From positions 309,142 to 373,141 of the forward strand of contig NIVC01001013.1 in the NCBI GenBank assembly GCA_002269645.1: a DNA stretch of 64,000 bases. The letters run 5' to 3'. The notes under the pieces were generated by a model. The model was given only the letters and a program-made list of their open reading frames with translations. It had not been told where the DNA came from and searched no databases. The position numbers and the translations under genes were made by a program. Positions 63,035-64,000 of this stretch are shown piece after piece. Position 1 is the first letter of the stretch. Every line of letters starts with the position of its first letter. This DNA is from Macrostomum lignano (taxonomy: Eukaryota).

Positions 63035-64000
63035 GTGAAGGAGAGTGAGAGATGGAGTGAGAGATGGAGTAAGAGATGGTGTGAGAGGGAGAATGAGTGA
63101 TTGAGAGTGAGAGGGAGAGTAAGAGATGGAGTGTAAGGGAGAGTGAGAGGGAGGGGGAGAGGGAGGGGGAGTGAGAAATGGAGTGTGAGGGAGAGTGAGA
63201 GGGAGAGGGGGAGTGAGAGGGACAGTGAGAGAGGGAGTGAGAGGGAGAGTGAGAGTGGTAGGAGAGTGAGAGGGACGGTGAGAGTGTGAGGGAGAGTGAG
63301 AAATGGAGTGTGAGGGACAGTGAGAGAGGGAGTGAGAAGGAGAGTGGAGGGACGGTGAGAGTGAGAGGGAAAGTGAGAGGGAGAGTGAGAGGGAGAGTGA
63401 GAGTGATAGGGAGAGTGAGAGGGAGTGAGAGGGAGAGTGAGAGGAAGAGTGAGAGGGAGAGTGAGAGTGATAGGGAGAGTGAGAGGGAGTGAGAGGGAGA
63501 GTGAGAGGAAGAGTGAGAGGGAGAGTGAGAGTGATAGGGAGAGTGAGAGGGAGTGAGAGGGAGAGTGAGAGGGAGTGAGAGGGAGAGTGAGAGGGAGAGT
63601 GAGAGGGAGAGTGAGTGATAGGGAGAGTGAGAGGGAGGGTGATAGGGAGAGTGAGAGGGAGAGGGGGAGTGAGAGGGACAGTGAGAGAGGGAGTGAGAGG
63701 GAGAGTGAGAGTGGTAGGAGAGTGAGAGGGACGGTGAGAGTGTGAGGGAGAGTGAGAAATGGAGTGTGAGGGACAGTGAGAGAGGGAGTGAGAAGGAGAG
63801 TGGAGGGACGGTGAGAGTGAGAGGGAAAGTGAGAGGGAGAGTGAGAGGGAGAGTGAGAGTGATAGGGAGAGTGAGAGGGAGTGAGAGGGAGAGTGAGAGG
63901 AAGAGTGAGAGGGAGAGTGAGAGGGAGTGAGAGGGAGAGTGAGAGGGAGTGAGAGGGAGAGTGAGAGGGAGAGTGAGAGGGAGAGTGAGTGATAGGGAGA
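63035..64000. repeat. GA-rich low-complexity satellite (GAGAGGGAGAGT-type) in an ACSS3 intron, running off the window
   Basis: Almost purine-only + strand, with an internally duplicated block (about 63200-63430 versus 63660-63890). Confidence 0.93.

Overview
Eukaryotic (metazoan) genomic DNA with GC-rich, Ala/Gly/Gln-rich exons and introns filled with minisatellites. This style resembles the flatworm Macrostomum, but that is an inference, not a database match. There is no prokaryotic operon structure, CRISPR array, rRNA or complete tRNA. I reconstructed six spliced protein-coding genes by hand with frame-consistent junctions: a Rap2-like GTPase (-), a secreted M12B reprolysin/ADAMTS-like protease (+), a 9-exon TRPM-type channel with N-terminal ankyrin repeats (-), a CSAD/GADL1-like PLP decarboxylase (-), an HMX/NK5 homeobox gene (-) and the 3' part of ACSS3 (-). 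The 2.6-15.3 kb region is a transposon graveyard: a long-TIR Tc1/mariner-type element, an RTE fragment, a mariner fossil with a nested hAT MITE, a LINE with an intact 1044-codon ORF2, and further MITEs. About 23 tandem arrays (units 9-79 bp) cover roughly a third of the window. The strongest leads are (1) the ankyrin-TRPM chimeric channel; (2) inverted copies of one satellite flanking a frame-symmetric ACSS3 exon, a candidate dsRNA/circRNA structure; (3) intronic arrays made of repeated splice signals, including an in-frame tandem 3' splice-site array; and (4) a stop-free in-frame intron inside a protease zinc motif that reads HExxHxxGxxD. All coordinates and counts are hand-derived and may be off by a few bases.
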